Shown here: positions 35,330 through 46,400 of the stretch, in pieces
Layout: each line of letters begins with the position of its first letter
Numbering within the stretch: position 1 is the first letter of the stretch
Source: Macrostomum lignano
Taxonomy: Eukaryota
DNA: 64,000 nt
Assembly (NCBI GenBank): GCA_002269645.1
Contig: NIVC01000709.1
Span: 372,001 to 436,000 of the forward strand
Direction: 5' to 3'
Made by a program: the position numbers and the translations under genes
Notes under the pieces: model-generated
Database searches by the model: none
The model's input: only the letters and a program-made list of their open reading frames with translations
Told to the model about the DNA's origin: nothing

Positions 35330-35997
35330 AGGCTGAAGCTACCCGCTGATGACTCCTTCAGTAGGCTGAAGATACCTGCTGATGACTCCTCTTTCAGTAG
35401 GCTGAAGATACCTGCTGATGACTCCTTCAGTAGGCTGAAGATACCTGCTGATGACTCCTTCAGTAGGCTGAAGATACCTGCTGATGACTCCTTCAGTAGG
35501 CTGAAGATACCTGCTGATGACTCCTTCAGTAGGCTGAAGATACCTGCTGATGACTCCTTCAGTAGGCTGAAGATACCTGCTGATGACTCCTTCAGTAGGC
35601 TGAAGATACCTGCTGATGACTCCTTCAGTAGGCTGAAGATACCTGCTGATGACTCCTTCAGTAGGCTGAAGATACCTGCTGATGACTCCTTCAGTAGGCT
35701 GAAGATACCTGCTGATGACTCCTTCAGTAGGCTGAAGATACCTGCTGATGACTCCTTCAGTAGGCTGAAGATACCTGCTGATGACTCCTTCAGTAGGCTG
35801 AAGATACCTGCTGATGACTCCTTCAGTAGGCTGAAGATACCTGCTGATGACTCCTTCAGTAGGCTGAAGATACCTGCTGATGACTCCTTCAGTAGGCTGA
35901 AGATACCTGCTGATGACCCTTCAGTAGGCTGAAGATACCTGCTGATGACCCTTCAGTAGGCTGAAGATACCTGCTGATGACTCCTTCAGTAGGCTGA
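35330..35997. repeat. 33-bp near-perfect minisatellite (AGGCTGAAGATACCTGCTGATGACTCCTTCAGT), about 20 copies
   Basis: Direct inspection; no spacers. Confidence 0.97.
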
Positions 35998-36344
35998 CGC
36001 GGAAGCTAATATTAAAATTACAAAAATCAAAAGCACGATCAAGTCTGCCAATATCTTTTAGAGCAAAGTTTGTTCAAGAAACTGAATGGATATAATATAA
36101 TGTGTTTATTAAAGGTGCAACTGCACTTCCCTCAACTGGATGCCACTCAAGTGCGAGCAGCTGTTTTCAAAAATGGAAGTGAAGGCAGACTTGCAGGAAT
36201 AATATTTATTAAAATAAGGAAACGCTTCTGTGGGTGCAGGCGGCCAGCCCATATGCAAATAAAAAGTATAAAAACAAAGTACAGGTTCGCCCCCTCTTGA
36301 AATAAGAGGGTAAAAGACTGTTAGCTCTGTGGCTCACTGGGTCG

Positions 36345-37215
36345 TGTTAGTGGGTTCAATAGGTCAGTGTCAGTGGGTCACTGGGTCAGTGTCAGTGGGT
36401 CAATGGGTCAGTGTCAGTGGGTCAATGGGTCAGTGTCAGTGGGTCAATGGGTCAGTGTCAGTGGGTCAATAGGTCAGTGTCAGTGGGTCAATGGGTCAGT
36501 GTCAGTGGGTCAATGGGTCAGTGTCAGTGGGTCAATGGGTCAGTGTCAGTGGGTCAATAGGTCAGTGTCAGTAAGTCAAGGAGCCAGTGTCAGTAAGTCA
36601 AGGAGCCAGTGTCAGTAAGTCAAGGAGCCAGTGTCAGTAAGTCAAGGAGCCAGTGTCAGTAAGTCAAGGAGCCAGTGTCAGTAAGTCAAGGAGCCAGTGT
36701 CAGTAAGTCAAGGAGCCAGTGTCAGTAAGTCAAGGAGCCAGTGTCAGTAAGTCAAGGAGCCAGTGTCAGTAAGTCAAGGAGCCAGTGTCAGTAAGTCAAG
36801 GAGCCAGTGTCAGTAAGTCAAGGAGCCAGTGTCAGTAAGTCAAGGAGCCAGTGTCAGTAAGTCAAGGAGCCAGTGTCAGTAAGTCAAGGAGTCAGTGTCA
36901 GTAAGTCAAGGAGCCAGTGTCAGTAAGTCAAGGAGCCAGTGTCAGTAAGTCAAGGAGCCAGTGTCAGTAAGTCAAGGAGCCAGTGTCAGTAAGTCAAGGA
37001 GCCAGTGTCAGTAAGTCAAGGAGCCAGTGTCAGTAAGTCAAGGAGCCAGTGTCAGTAAGTCAAGGAGCCAGTGTCAGTAAGTCAAGGAGCCAGTGTCAGT
37101 AAGTCAAGGAGCCAGTGTCAGTAAGTCAAGGAGCCAGTGTCAGTGGGTCAATTGGTCAGTGGGTCAGAGTTAGTGATTCAATGGGTGAGAGGGTCAGCGT
37201 TAGTAGGTCAATGGG
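36345..37215. repeat. 22-bp minisatellite switching from GTGTCAGTGGGTCAATGGGTCA to GTGTCAGTAAGTCAAGGAGCCA
   Basis: Direct inspection. Confidence 0.96.
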
Positions 37216-37654
37216 TCAGTATTGCACACAATCAAACAGCGGAGATCAAGAGGTCGATAAGCCCAGTACACCGTAGCTAGCTACTGTCAGTAGTCAGTCA
37301 AGCGCAGTCTACTTAAAGAAAAGTAAAAAACAGGTACAAACTACAATTTATATCAGCAGTGGAAGCGCTAATTGCTTCAATTAAGTAGGCTGTCAAGTCA
37401 GTTAGCGATCAGGCAAAAGCTATAATCACCGCGCATCGTTGGAGTAATAAAACTAACCGTTTAAAAAGTCGATGCCGAAAAATCAAAGAAACAAAAAATA
37501 AGTTTATAAACTGATACACTACTGACAGTTATGTACTTACTAGTAGGAAATATGGCACAAGTGGTGGCTGGAGAGTTCATTCAGTTTAGTAATGTAACTG
37601 ATGTTTTGAGCACTTTGTTTAATAAATCAAGCAGCAAGCGCTTCGGTCTGTGAG

Positions 37655-38882
37655 TGGGACTCTGTTGTGGGATAGTGTATGGGAAGCTATGGTGTGGGAC
37701 TCTATGGTGTGGGTCTCTATGGTGTGGGACTCTATGGTGTGGGACTCTATGGTGCGGGACTCTATGGTGTGGGACTCTATGGTGTGGGACTCTATGATGT
37801 GGGACTCTATGGTGCGGGACTCTATGGTGTGGGACTCTATGGTGTGGGACTCTATGATGTGGGACTCTATGGTGTGGGACTCTATGATGTGGGACTCTAT
37901 GATGTGGGACTCTATGGTGTGGGACTCTATGATGTGGGACTCTATGGTGTGGGTCTCTATGGTGTGGGACTCTATGGTGTGGGACTCTATGATGTGGGAC
38001 TCTATGGTGTGGGACTCTTTGGTGTGGGACTCTATGGTGTTGGACTCTATGGTGCGGGACTCTATGGTGCGGGACTCTATGGTGTGGGACTCTATGGTGT
38101 GGGACTCTATGGTGTGGGACTCTATGGTGCGGGACTCTATGGTGTGGGACTCTATGGTGTGGGACTCTATGATGTGGGACTCTATGGTGCGGGACTCTAT
38201 GGTGTGGGACTCTATGGTGTGGGACTCTATGGTGTGGGACTCTATGGTGTGGGACTCTATGATGTGGGACTCTATGATGTGGGACTATGGTGTGGGACTC
38301 TATGGTGTGGGACTCTATGGTGTGGGACTCTATGATGTGAGACTATGGTGTGGGACTCTATGGTGTTGGACTCTATGGTGTGGACTCTATGGTGTGGGAC
38401 TCTATGGTGTGGGACTCTATGGTGTGGGACTCTATGATGTGGGTCTCTATGGTGTGGGACTCTATGGTGTGGGACTCTATGGTGTGGGACTCTTTGGTGT
38501 GGGACTCTATGGTGCGGGACTCTATGGTGTGGGACTCTATGGTGTTGGACTCTATGGTGTGGGACTCTATGGTGTGGGACTCTATGGTGCTTTACTCTAT
38601 GGTGTGGGACTCTATGATGTGGGACTCTATGGTGCGGGACTCTATGGTGTGGGACTCTATGGTGTGGGACTCTATGGTGTGGGTCTCTATGGTGTGGCAC
38701 TCTATGATGTGGGACTATGGTGTGGGACTCTATGGTGTGGGACTCTATGGTGTGGGACTCTATGGTGTGGGACTCTATGATGTGGGACTATGGTGTGGGA
38801 CTCTATGGTGTGGGACTCTATGGTGTGGGACTCTATGGTGTGGGACTCTATGGTGTGGGACTCTATGGTGTGGGACTCTACG
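37655..38882. repeat. 15-bp minisatellite (GGGACTCTATGGTGT)
   Basis: Direct inspection; source of the DSMVW and GLYGV artefact ORFs. Confidence 0.97.
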
Positions 38883-39105
38883 GTGACTCCAGACGAAGCG
38901 GCAAATTCAGCATACAGAACAGAAGTGCATAAAATGAAGCTCAACCCGATAAAACAGAGGGAAACCCAGCAACGGAAACAAAACAAAGTCCAAAAGTTCA
39001 GAATTGCGTCACCAGTCTATAAATTAGAAAATTTGCAGCAAGCTTAGCTGCTAACACCTGGTTTACCCTCAAACCTGGCCGAAATTTTTAATTCCTTGCT
39101 TGAGC

Positions 39106-39890
39106 TCAGTATACAAAATTCTTTGAGCTGTCGGAATTTCCACTGCCAAACTCCTCCGTGGGGAGCAGCTTGTAGGTGCTGTCGCTGCCGCCACCGCTGC
39201 CGCTGCCGCCGGAAGTCCGCCGGGCAGTGCCGGACCGGCGGCCCTCAACGATAAAGCCGACAATCTGAGGGATGATTTTGGGTCACCTGACTAACCGCAC
39301 CAGATATGCTGGATTGATGAATTTGCTCGTAAATCTTTTTAATTTCGATGATTTTATTATTATATACTACTCAATTGTCATCAGTAGTAGAATTAGAAAT
39401 TGTCTTGACATAAACGTGATAGTAAATTAAATTTTCTAACTAATATCTCCCCATTCGCACCCATGGGCAGAATTGCCTTAGCACTGTTTGTGGGGCTTTT
39501 CTACAATATTATTAACTCTACTTAAACTTTCAAGCTTAACTTCCCTAATTCAATTCAAGAAGCCAAATTTGATGCCACAATGCCCTTCAAAACGCATAAA
39601 AGACAATAAACCGTCTGTTTTACTTTGAGAAAAGAATATTTTAGGCCGAGATGACAGAGAGTTTTTAAAATAAGAGTACTTCTTTATTGCGTTTCGAAGC
39701 GGCACTGGGCCTTCAAAAAAGTATCACGCCCTGTTTCCACCAGTAGCCCTTGGTTCGTTTCCCTACGCGGCCACGTTAATCTGCTGGTTCGGGGTCGCTT
39801 CACAAGCTCGAAATTTCATATCCTCGAAACTGTGGGTTAAGCTCAGACAGACAAACAGACAAACAGACAGACAGACAAACAGAAAGACAC

Positions 39891-39921
<31 letters not shown>

Positions 39922-39998
39922 GTCACTAAGACAGACAGACAGACAGACAGACACACAGACAGACAGACAGATGGACAGACAGACAGACAGACAGACAC

Positions 39999-40044
<46 letters not shown>

Positions 40045-40064
40045 GAACAGAAAGACACACAGGC

Positions 40065-40111
<47 letters not shown>

Positions 40112-40124
40112 AAGACACACAGGC

Positions 40125-40191
<67 letters not shown>

Positions 40192-40312
40192 AAGACAGAC
40201 AGACAGACAGACAGACAGAAAGACACACAGACAGACAGACAGACACACAGACAGACACAAAGACAGACACACAGACAGACAGACAGACACACAGACAGAC
40301 AGACAGACACTA

Positions 40313-40373
<61 letters not shown>

Positions 40374-40383
40374 TTAGACACTA

Positions 40384-40428
<45 letters not shown>

Positions 40429-43400
40429 TTAGACACTAAGACAGACAGTACATTTTCGAGCTTGTAAAAGCAACCCGCTGGTTCTTGCTCAACAAATATT
40501 AGCCGGCGGGGGAGTGAAATAAAATCCTGTGTGAGCAAGGGTGAATGTGAAGCATATTAAACATATAAAGCACAGCACAGTACTAAAACTGACTGTGTAT
40601 AATTGCCTAGAAATCAAGCACACCGGCAGCAAGCAGCTATGTAACAGCTTACGATTTGGTGATTATCAAAACTAGTGCAAGCGGCACAACAGAAAGCTAC
40701 GTGCAAACAGACACAGCACAAAAATTTGCAGACAGGTATAAATAGGGTGGGCCCAGCACTAGGCAGCCAATCACAACATCTAAGCATGGATTATCGACGC
40801 TTACAGTTCTCATGATCTGGCAATGGGGAGCGACATGAAGACTGCATTAATGAATTTCAATAATCGGTGCACCAGTGTGACTGAGGCTCTGAGCTGCCTG
40901 TCCCAGTGTGTCTGAGCTGCCTGTCCCAGTGTGACTGAGCTGCCTGTCCCAGTGTGACTGAGCTGCCTGTCCCAGTGTGTCTGATCTGCCTGTCCCAGTG
41001 TGACTGAGCTGCCTGTCGCAGTGTGACTGAGCTGCCTGTCGCAGTGTGACTGAGCTGCCTGTCCCAGTGTGACTGAGCTGCCTGTCCCAGTGTGTCTGAT
41101 CTGCCTGTCCCAGTGTGACTGAGCTGCCTGTCCCAGTGTGACTGAGCTGCCTGTCCCAGTGTGACTGAGCTGCCTGTCCCAGTGTGTCTGAGCTGCCTGT
41201 CCCAGTGTGACTGAGCTGCCTGTCCCAGTGTGACTGAGCTGCCTGTCCCAGTGCACCAGTGTGACTGAGCTGCCTGTCCCACTGTGACTGAGCTGCCTGT
41301 CCCAGTGTGACTGAGCTGCCTGTCCCAGTGTGACTGAGCTGCCTGTCCCAGTGTGACTGAGCTGCCTGTCCCAGTGTGACTGAGCTGCCTGTCCCAGTGT
41401 GTCTGAGCTGCCTGTCCCAGTGTGACTGAGCTGCCTGTCCCAGTGTGACTGAGCTGCCTGTCCCAGTGCACCAGTGTGACTGAGCTGCCTGTCCCAGTGT
41501 GACTGAGCTGCCTGTCCCAGTGTGACTGAGCTGCCTGTCCCAGTGTGACTGAGCTGCCTGTCCCAGTGTGACTGAGCTGCCTGTCCCAGTGTGTCTGAGC
41601 TGCCTGTCCCAGTGTGACTGAGCTGCCTGTCCCAGTGTGACTGAGCTGCCTGTCCCAGTGTGTCTGAGCTGCCTGTCCCAGTGTGACTGAGCTGCCTGTC
41701 CCAGTGTGACTGAGCTGCCTGTCCCAGTGTGACTGAGCTGCCTGTCCCAGTGTGTCTGAGCTGCCTGTCTCAGTGTGTCTGAGCTGCCTGTCCCAGTGTG
41801 ACTGAGCTGCCTGTCCCAGTGTGTCTGAGCTGCCTGTCCCAGTGTGACTGAGCTGCCTGTCCCTGTGTGACTGAGCTGCCTGTCCCAGTGTGACTGAGCT
41901 GCCTGTCCCAGTGTGACTGAGCTGCCTGTCCCAGTGTGACTGAGCTGCCTGTCCCAGTGTGTCTGAGCTGCCTGTCCCAGTGTGACTGAGCTGCCTGTCC
42001 CAGTGTGACTGAGCTGCCTGTCCCAGTGTGTCTGAGCTGCCTGTCCCAGTGTGACTGAGCTGCCTGTCCCAGTGTGACTGAGCTGCCTGTCCCAGTGTGA
42101 CTGAGCTGCCTGTCCCAGTGTGACTGAGCTGCCTGTCCCAGTGTGACTGAGCTGCCTGTCCCAGTGTGACTGAGCTGCCTGTCCCAGTGTGACTGAGCTG
42201 CCTGTCCCAGTGTGACTGAGCTGCCTGTCCCAGTGTGTCTGAGCTGCCTGTCCCAGTGTGACTGAGCTGCCTGTCCCAGTGTGACTGAGCTGCCTGTCCC
42301 AGTGTGTCTGAGCTGCCTGTCCCAGTGTGACTGAGCTGCCTGTCCCAGTGTGACTGAGCTGCCTGTCCCAGTGTGACTGAGCTGCCTGTCCCAGTGTGTC
42401 TGAGCTGCCTGTCTCAGTGTGTCTGAGCTGCCTGTCCCAGTGTGTCTGAGCTACCTGTCCCAGTGTGTCTGAGCTGCCTGTCCCAGTGTGACTGAGCTGC
42501 CTGTCCCAGTGTGACTGAGCTGCCTGTCCCAGTGTGACTGAGCTGCCTGTCCCAGTGTGTCTGAGCTGCCTGTCCCAGTGTGACTGAGCTGCCTGTCCCA
42601 GTGTGACTGAGCTGCCTGTCCCAGTGTGACTGAGCTGCCTGTCCCAGTGTGACTGAGCTGCCTGTCCCAGTGTGACTGAGCTGCCTGTCCCAGTGCACCA
42701 GTGTGACTGAGCTGCCTGTCCCAGTGTGACTGAGCTGCCTGTCCCAGTGTGTCTGAGCTGCCTGTTCCAGTGTGACTGAGCTGCCTGTCTCAGTGCACCA
42801 GTGTGACTGAGCTGCCTGTCCCAGTGTGACTGAGCTGCCTGTCCCAGAGTGACTGAGCTGCCTGTCCCAGTGTGACTGAGCTGCCTGTCCCAGTGTGTCT
42901 GAGCTGCCTGTCCCAGTGTGACTGAGCTGCCTGTCCCAGTGCACCAGTGTGACTGAGCTGCCTGTCCCAGTGTGTCTGAGCTGCCTGTCCCAGTGTGACT
43001 GAGCTGCCTGTCCCAGTGTGACTGAGCTGCCTGTCCCAGTGTGACTGAGCTGCCTGTCCCAGTGTGTCTGAGCTGCCTGTCCCAGTGTGTCTGAGCTGCC
43101 TGTCCCAGTGTGTCTGAGCTGCCTGTTCCAGTGCACCAGTGTGTGAAAGCAAGCCAAAAGCAGAGAACAGTGAGAGCAATCTCACCTTCTGCTTCTTGTG
43201 GTAGAGCACGTACAGGAAGCCGAACAGGAAGATGGCCACCAGCATGTACACCATGAAGTGGCTGGAGCCCGCGTCCGTGTCGCCGCTGCCAGAGCCGCCG
43301 AAGTGGTTTTTGGCGCCCGCACCGCCGGCGCTCTGATCGAGCGGCAGCTCCTTGATGCCGGATTCTGCGGGAGGCGAGGAGAGACAGTGGGGATGAGGCA

Positions 43401-46400
43401 GAGCTGAGCAGCTCATTTCGTGACGATGTAAAAAGCATTTGAAGAAATTTTCTGGTGTGAGTCTTCAAACTGCGATTCTTCAGAGACTCAGGTGGTGGCG
43501 ATTCTTCAGAGACTCAGGTGGGAGATTCTTCAGAGACTCAGGTGGGAGATTCTTCAGAGACTCAGGTGGGAGATTCTTCAGAGACTCAGGTGGGAGATTC
43601 TACAGAGACTCAGGTGGGAGATTCTACAGAGACTCAGGTGGGAGATTCTTCAGAGACTCAGGTGGGAGATTCATTAAAGACTCAGGTGGGAGATTCTACA
43701 GAGACTCAGGTGGGAGATTCTACAGAGACTCAGGTGGGAGATTCTTCAGAGACTCAGGTGGGAGATTCATTAGAGACTCAGGTGGGAGATTCTTCAGAGA
43801 CTCAGGTGGGAGATTCTTCAGAGACTCAGGTGGGAGATTCTTCAGAGACCTACCTATGGGAAGCTGACCGGAACCTGTGGCATCAGTTTTCTGAGTCTTG
43901 TCGCGATTAGCAGGCTTCCGCTTTGTGGTGGAGGAAGTCCCGGCAGTGGTGGTTGAGCTGGTTATCGCTGTAGACATTGTCGACGACTTGGCGGGCTTTG
44001 CAGAGGATGAGGCCGCACTGCTGGTGGTGCCGAAGTCAGCGGGCTGCTTAGCCCCGGTTTCTGAGCCTGGAGCACCTGTGAAGTGAGGCAGTGGGGATGA
44101 TTTAGAGCCGATTCTCCAGCGCGAGCTAGGGTGACATCGCTCCAGAGTCGCTGGAGGTAACATAGGTGACACAGAAGACTTTAAAACGACGAGATGTCAC
44201 GGTACAAGTCGCTAAAAGTCTTTACTGTCGACTCTGGTGCGACGCAAGTGAATCAATCAACTTCTATAATGACTCTGGGGCGTACTGGAGTTGCTTTAGA
44301 ATCAATGAGTTGCGTCTAAGGCGCATCTGCGTCAATTTATGAATTGGAACGGGTGAGGGCGACTCTTCAGTGTGGTCTAGGCGATTCTATAAGGTAGTCT
44401 AGGGGCGATTCTATAAGGTAGTCTAGGGGCGATTGTATAAGGTAGTCTAGGGGCGATTCTAGAAGGTAGTCTAGGGGCGATTCTATAAGGTAGTCTAGGG
44501 GCGATTCTATAAGGTAGTCTAGGGGCGATTCTATAAGGTAGTCTAGGGGCGATTCTATAAGGTAGTCTAGGGGCGATTCTATAAGGTAGTCTAGGGGCGA
44601 TTGTATAAGGTAGTCTAGGGGCGATTCTATAAGGTAGTCTAGGGGCGATTCTATAAGGTAGTCTAGGGGCGATTCTATAAGGTAGTCTAGGGGCGATTCT
44701 ATAAGGTAGTCTAGGGGCGATTCTATAAGGTAGTCTAGGGGCGATTGTATAAGGTAGTCTAGGGGCGATTCTAGAAGGTAGTCTAGGGGCGATTCTATAA
44801 GGTAGTCTAGGGGCGATTCTATAAGGTAGTCTAGGGGCGATTCTATAAGGTAGTCTAGGGGCGATTCTATAAGGTAGTCTAGGGGCGATTCTATAAGGTA
44901 GTCTAGGGGCGATTCTATAAGGTAGTCTAGGGGCGATTCTATAAGGTAGTCTAGGGGCGATTGTATAAGGTAGTCTAGGGGCGATTCTAGAAGGTAGTCT
45001 AGGGGCGATTCTATAAGGTAGTCTAGGGGCGATTCTATAAGGTAGTCTAGGGGCGATTCTATAAGGTAGTCTAGGGGCGATTCTCCAAGGTGGCCCTCTA
45101 GGGGCGATTCTATAAGGTAGTCTAGGGGCGATTCTATAAGGTAGTCTAGGGGCGATTCTATAAGGTAGTCTAGGGGCGATTCTATAAGGTAGTCTAGGGG
45201 CGATTCTATAAGGTAGTCTAGGGGCGATTCTCCAAGGTGGCCCTCTAGGGGCGATTCTATAAGGTAGTCTAGGGGCGATTCTATAAGGTAGTCTAGGGGC
45301 GATTCTATAAGGTAGTCTAGGGGCGATTCTATAAGGTAGTCTAGGGGCGATTCTATAAGGTAGTCTAGGGGCGATTCTATAAGGTAGTCTAGGGGCGATT
45401 CTATAAGGTAGTCTAGGGGCGATTCTATAAGGTAGTCTAGGGGCGATTCTATAAGGTAGTCTAGGGGCGATTCTATAAGGTAGTCTAGGGGCGATTCTAT
45501 AAGGTAGTCTAGGGGCGATTCTATAAGGTAGTCTAGGGGCGATTCTATAAGGTAGTCTAGGGGCGATTCTATAAGGTAGTCTAGGGGCGATTCTATAAGG
45601 TAGTCTAGGGGCGATTCTATAAGGTAGTCTAGGGGCGATTCTATAAGGTAGTCTAGGGGCGATTCTATAAGGTAGTCTAGGGGCGATTCTATAAGGTAGT
45701 CTAGGGGCGATTCTATAAGGTAGTCTAGGGGCGATTCTATAAGGTAGTCTAGGGGCGATTCTATAAGGTAGTCTAGGGGCGATTCTATAAGGTAGTCTAG
45801 GGGCGATTCTATAAGGTAGTCTAGGGGCGATTCTATAAGGTAGTCTAGGGGCGATTCTATAAGGTAGTCTAGGGGCGATTCTATAAGGTAGTCTAGGGGC
45901 GATTCTATAAGGTAGTCTAGGGGCGATTCTATAAGGTAGTCTAGGGGCGATTCTATAAGGTAGTCTAGGGGCGATTCTATAAGGTAGTCTAGGGGCGATT
46001 CTCCAAGGTGGCCCTCTAGGGGCGATTCTATAAGGTAGTCTAGGGGCGATTCTATAAGGTAGTCTAGGGGCGATTCTATAAGGTAGTCTAGGGGCGATTC
46101 TATAAGGTAGTCTAGGGGCGATTCTCCAAGGTGGCCCTCTAGGGGCGATTCTATAAGGTAGTCTAGGGGCGATTCTCCAAGATGGCCCTCTAGGGGCGAT
46201 TCTATAGGGCAGTCTAGGGGCGATTCTATAAGGTAGTCTAGGGGCGATTCTCCAAGGTGGCTCTCTAGGGGCGATTCTATAAGGTAGTCTAGGGGCGATT
46301 CTACAAGGTAGTCTAGGGGCGATTCTCTAAGGTGGCTCTCTAGGGGCGATTCTACAAGGTAGTCTAGGGGCGATTCTCCAAGATGGCCCTCTAGGGGCGA

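Noticed and set aside
35330-35997. 33-bp near-perfect repeats (also the 29-bp repeat at 32632 and the 40-bp repeat at 57945) as possible CRISPR arrays
   Set aside because: Units are head-to-tail with no unique spacers, no cas genes are present, and the context is eukaryotic.
37650-38886. GLYGV/DSMVW repeat ORFs resembling chorion or eggshell proteins
   Set aside because: A 15-bp satellite open in several frames and strands with frame-switching indels, and no signal peptide exon was identified.
40450-40830. Possible cassette exons on the minus strand (12-nt IMRT near 40815; 75-nt DFISLPRR...YKLEN near 40450-40525)
   Set aside because: The direct 43186/39264 junction already gives the conserved [12 protein letters not shown] sequence, and the 75-nt candidate overlaps the MITE end.
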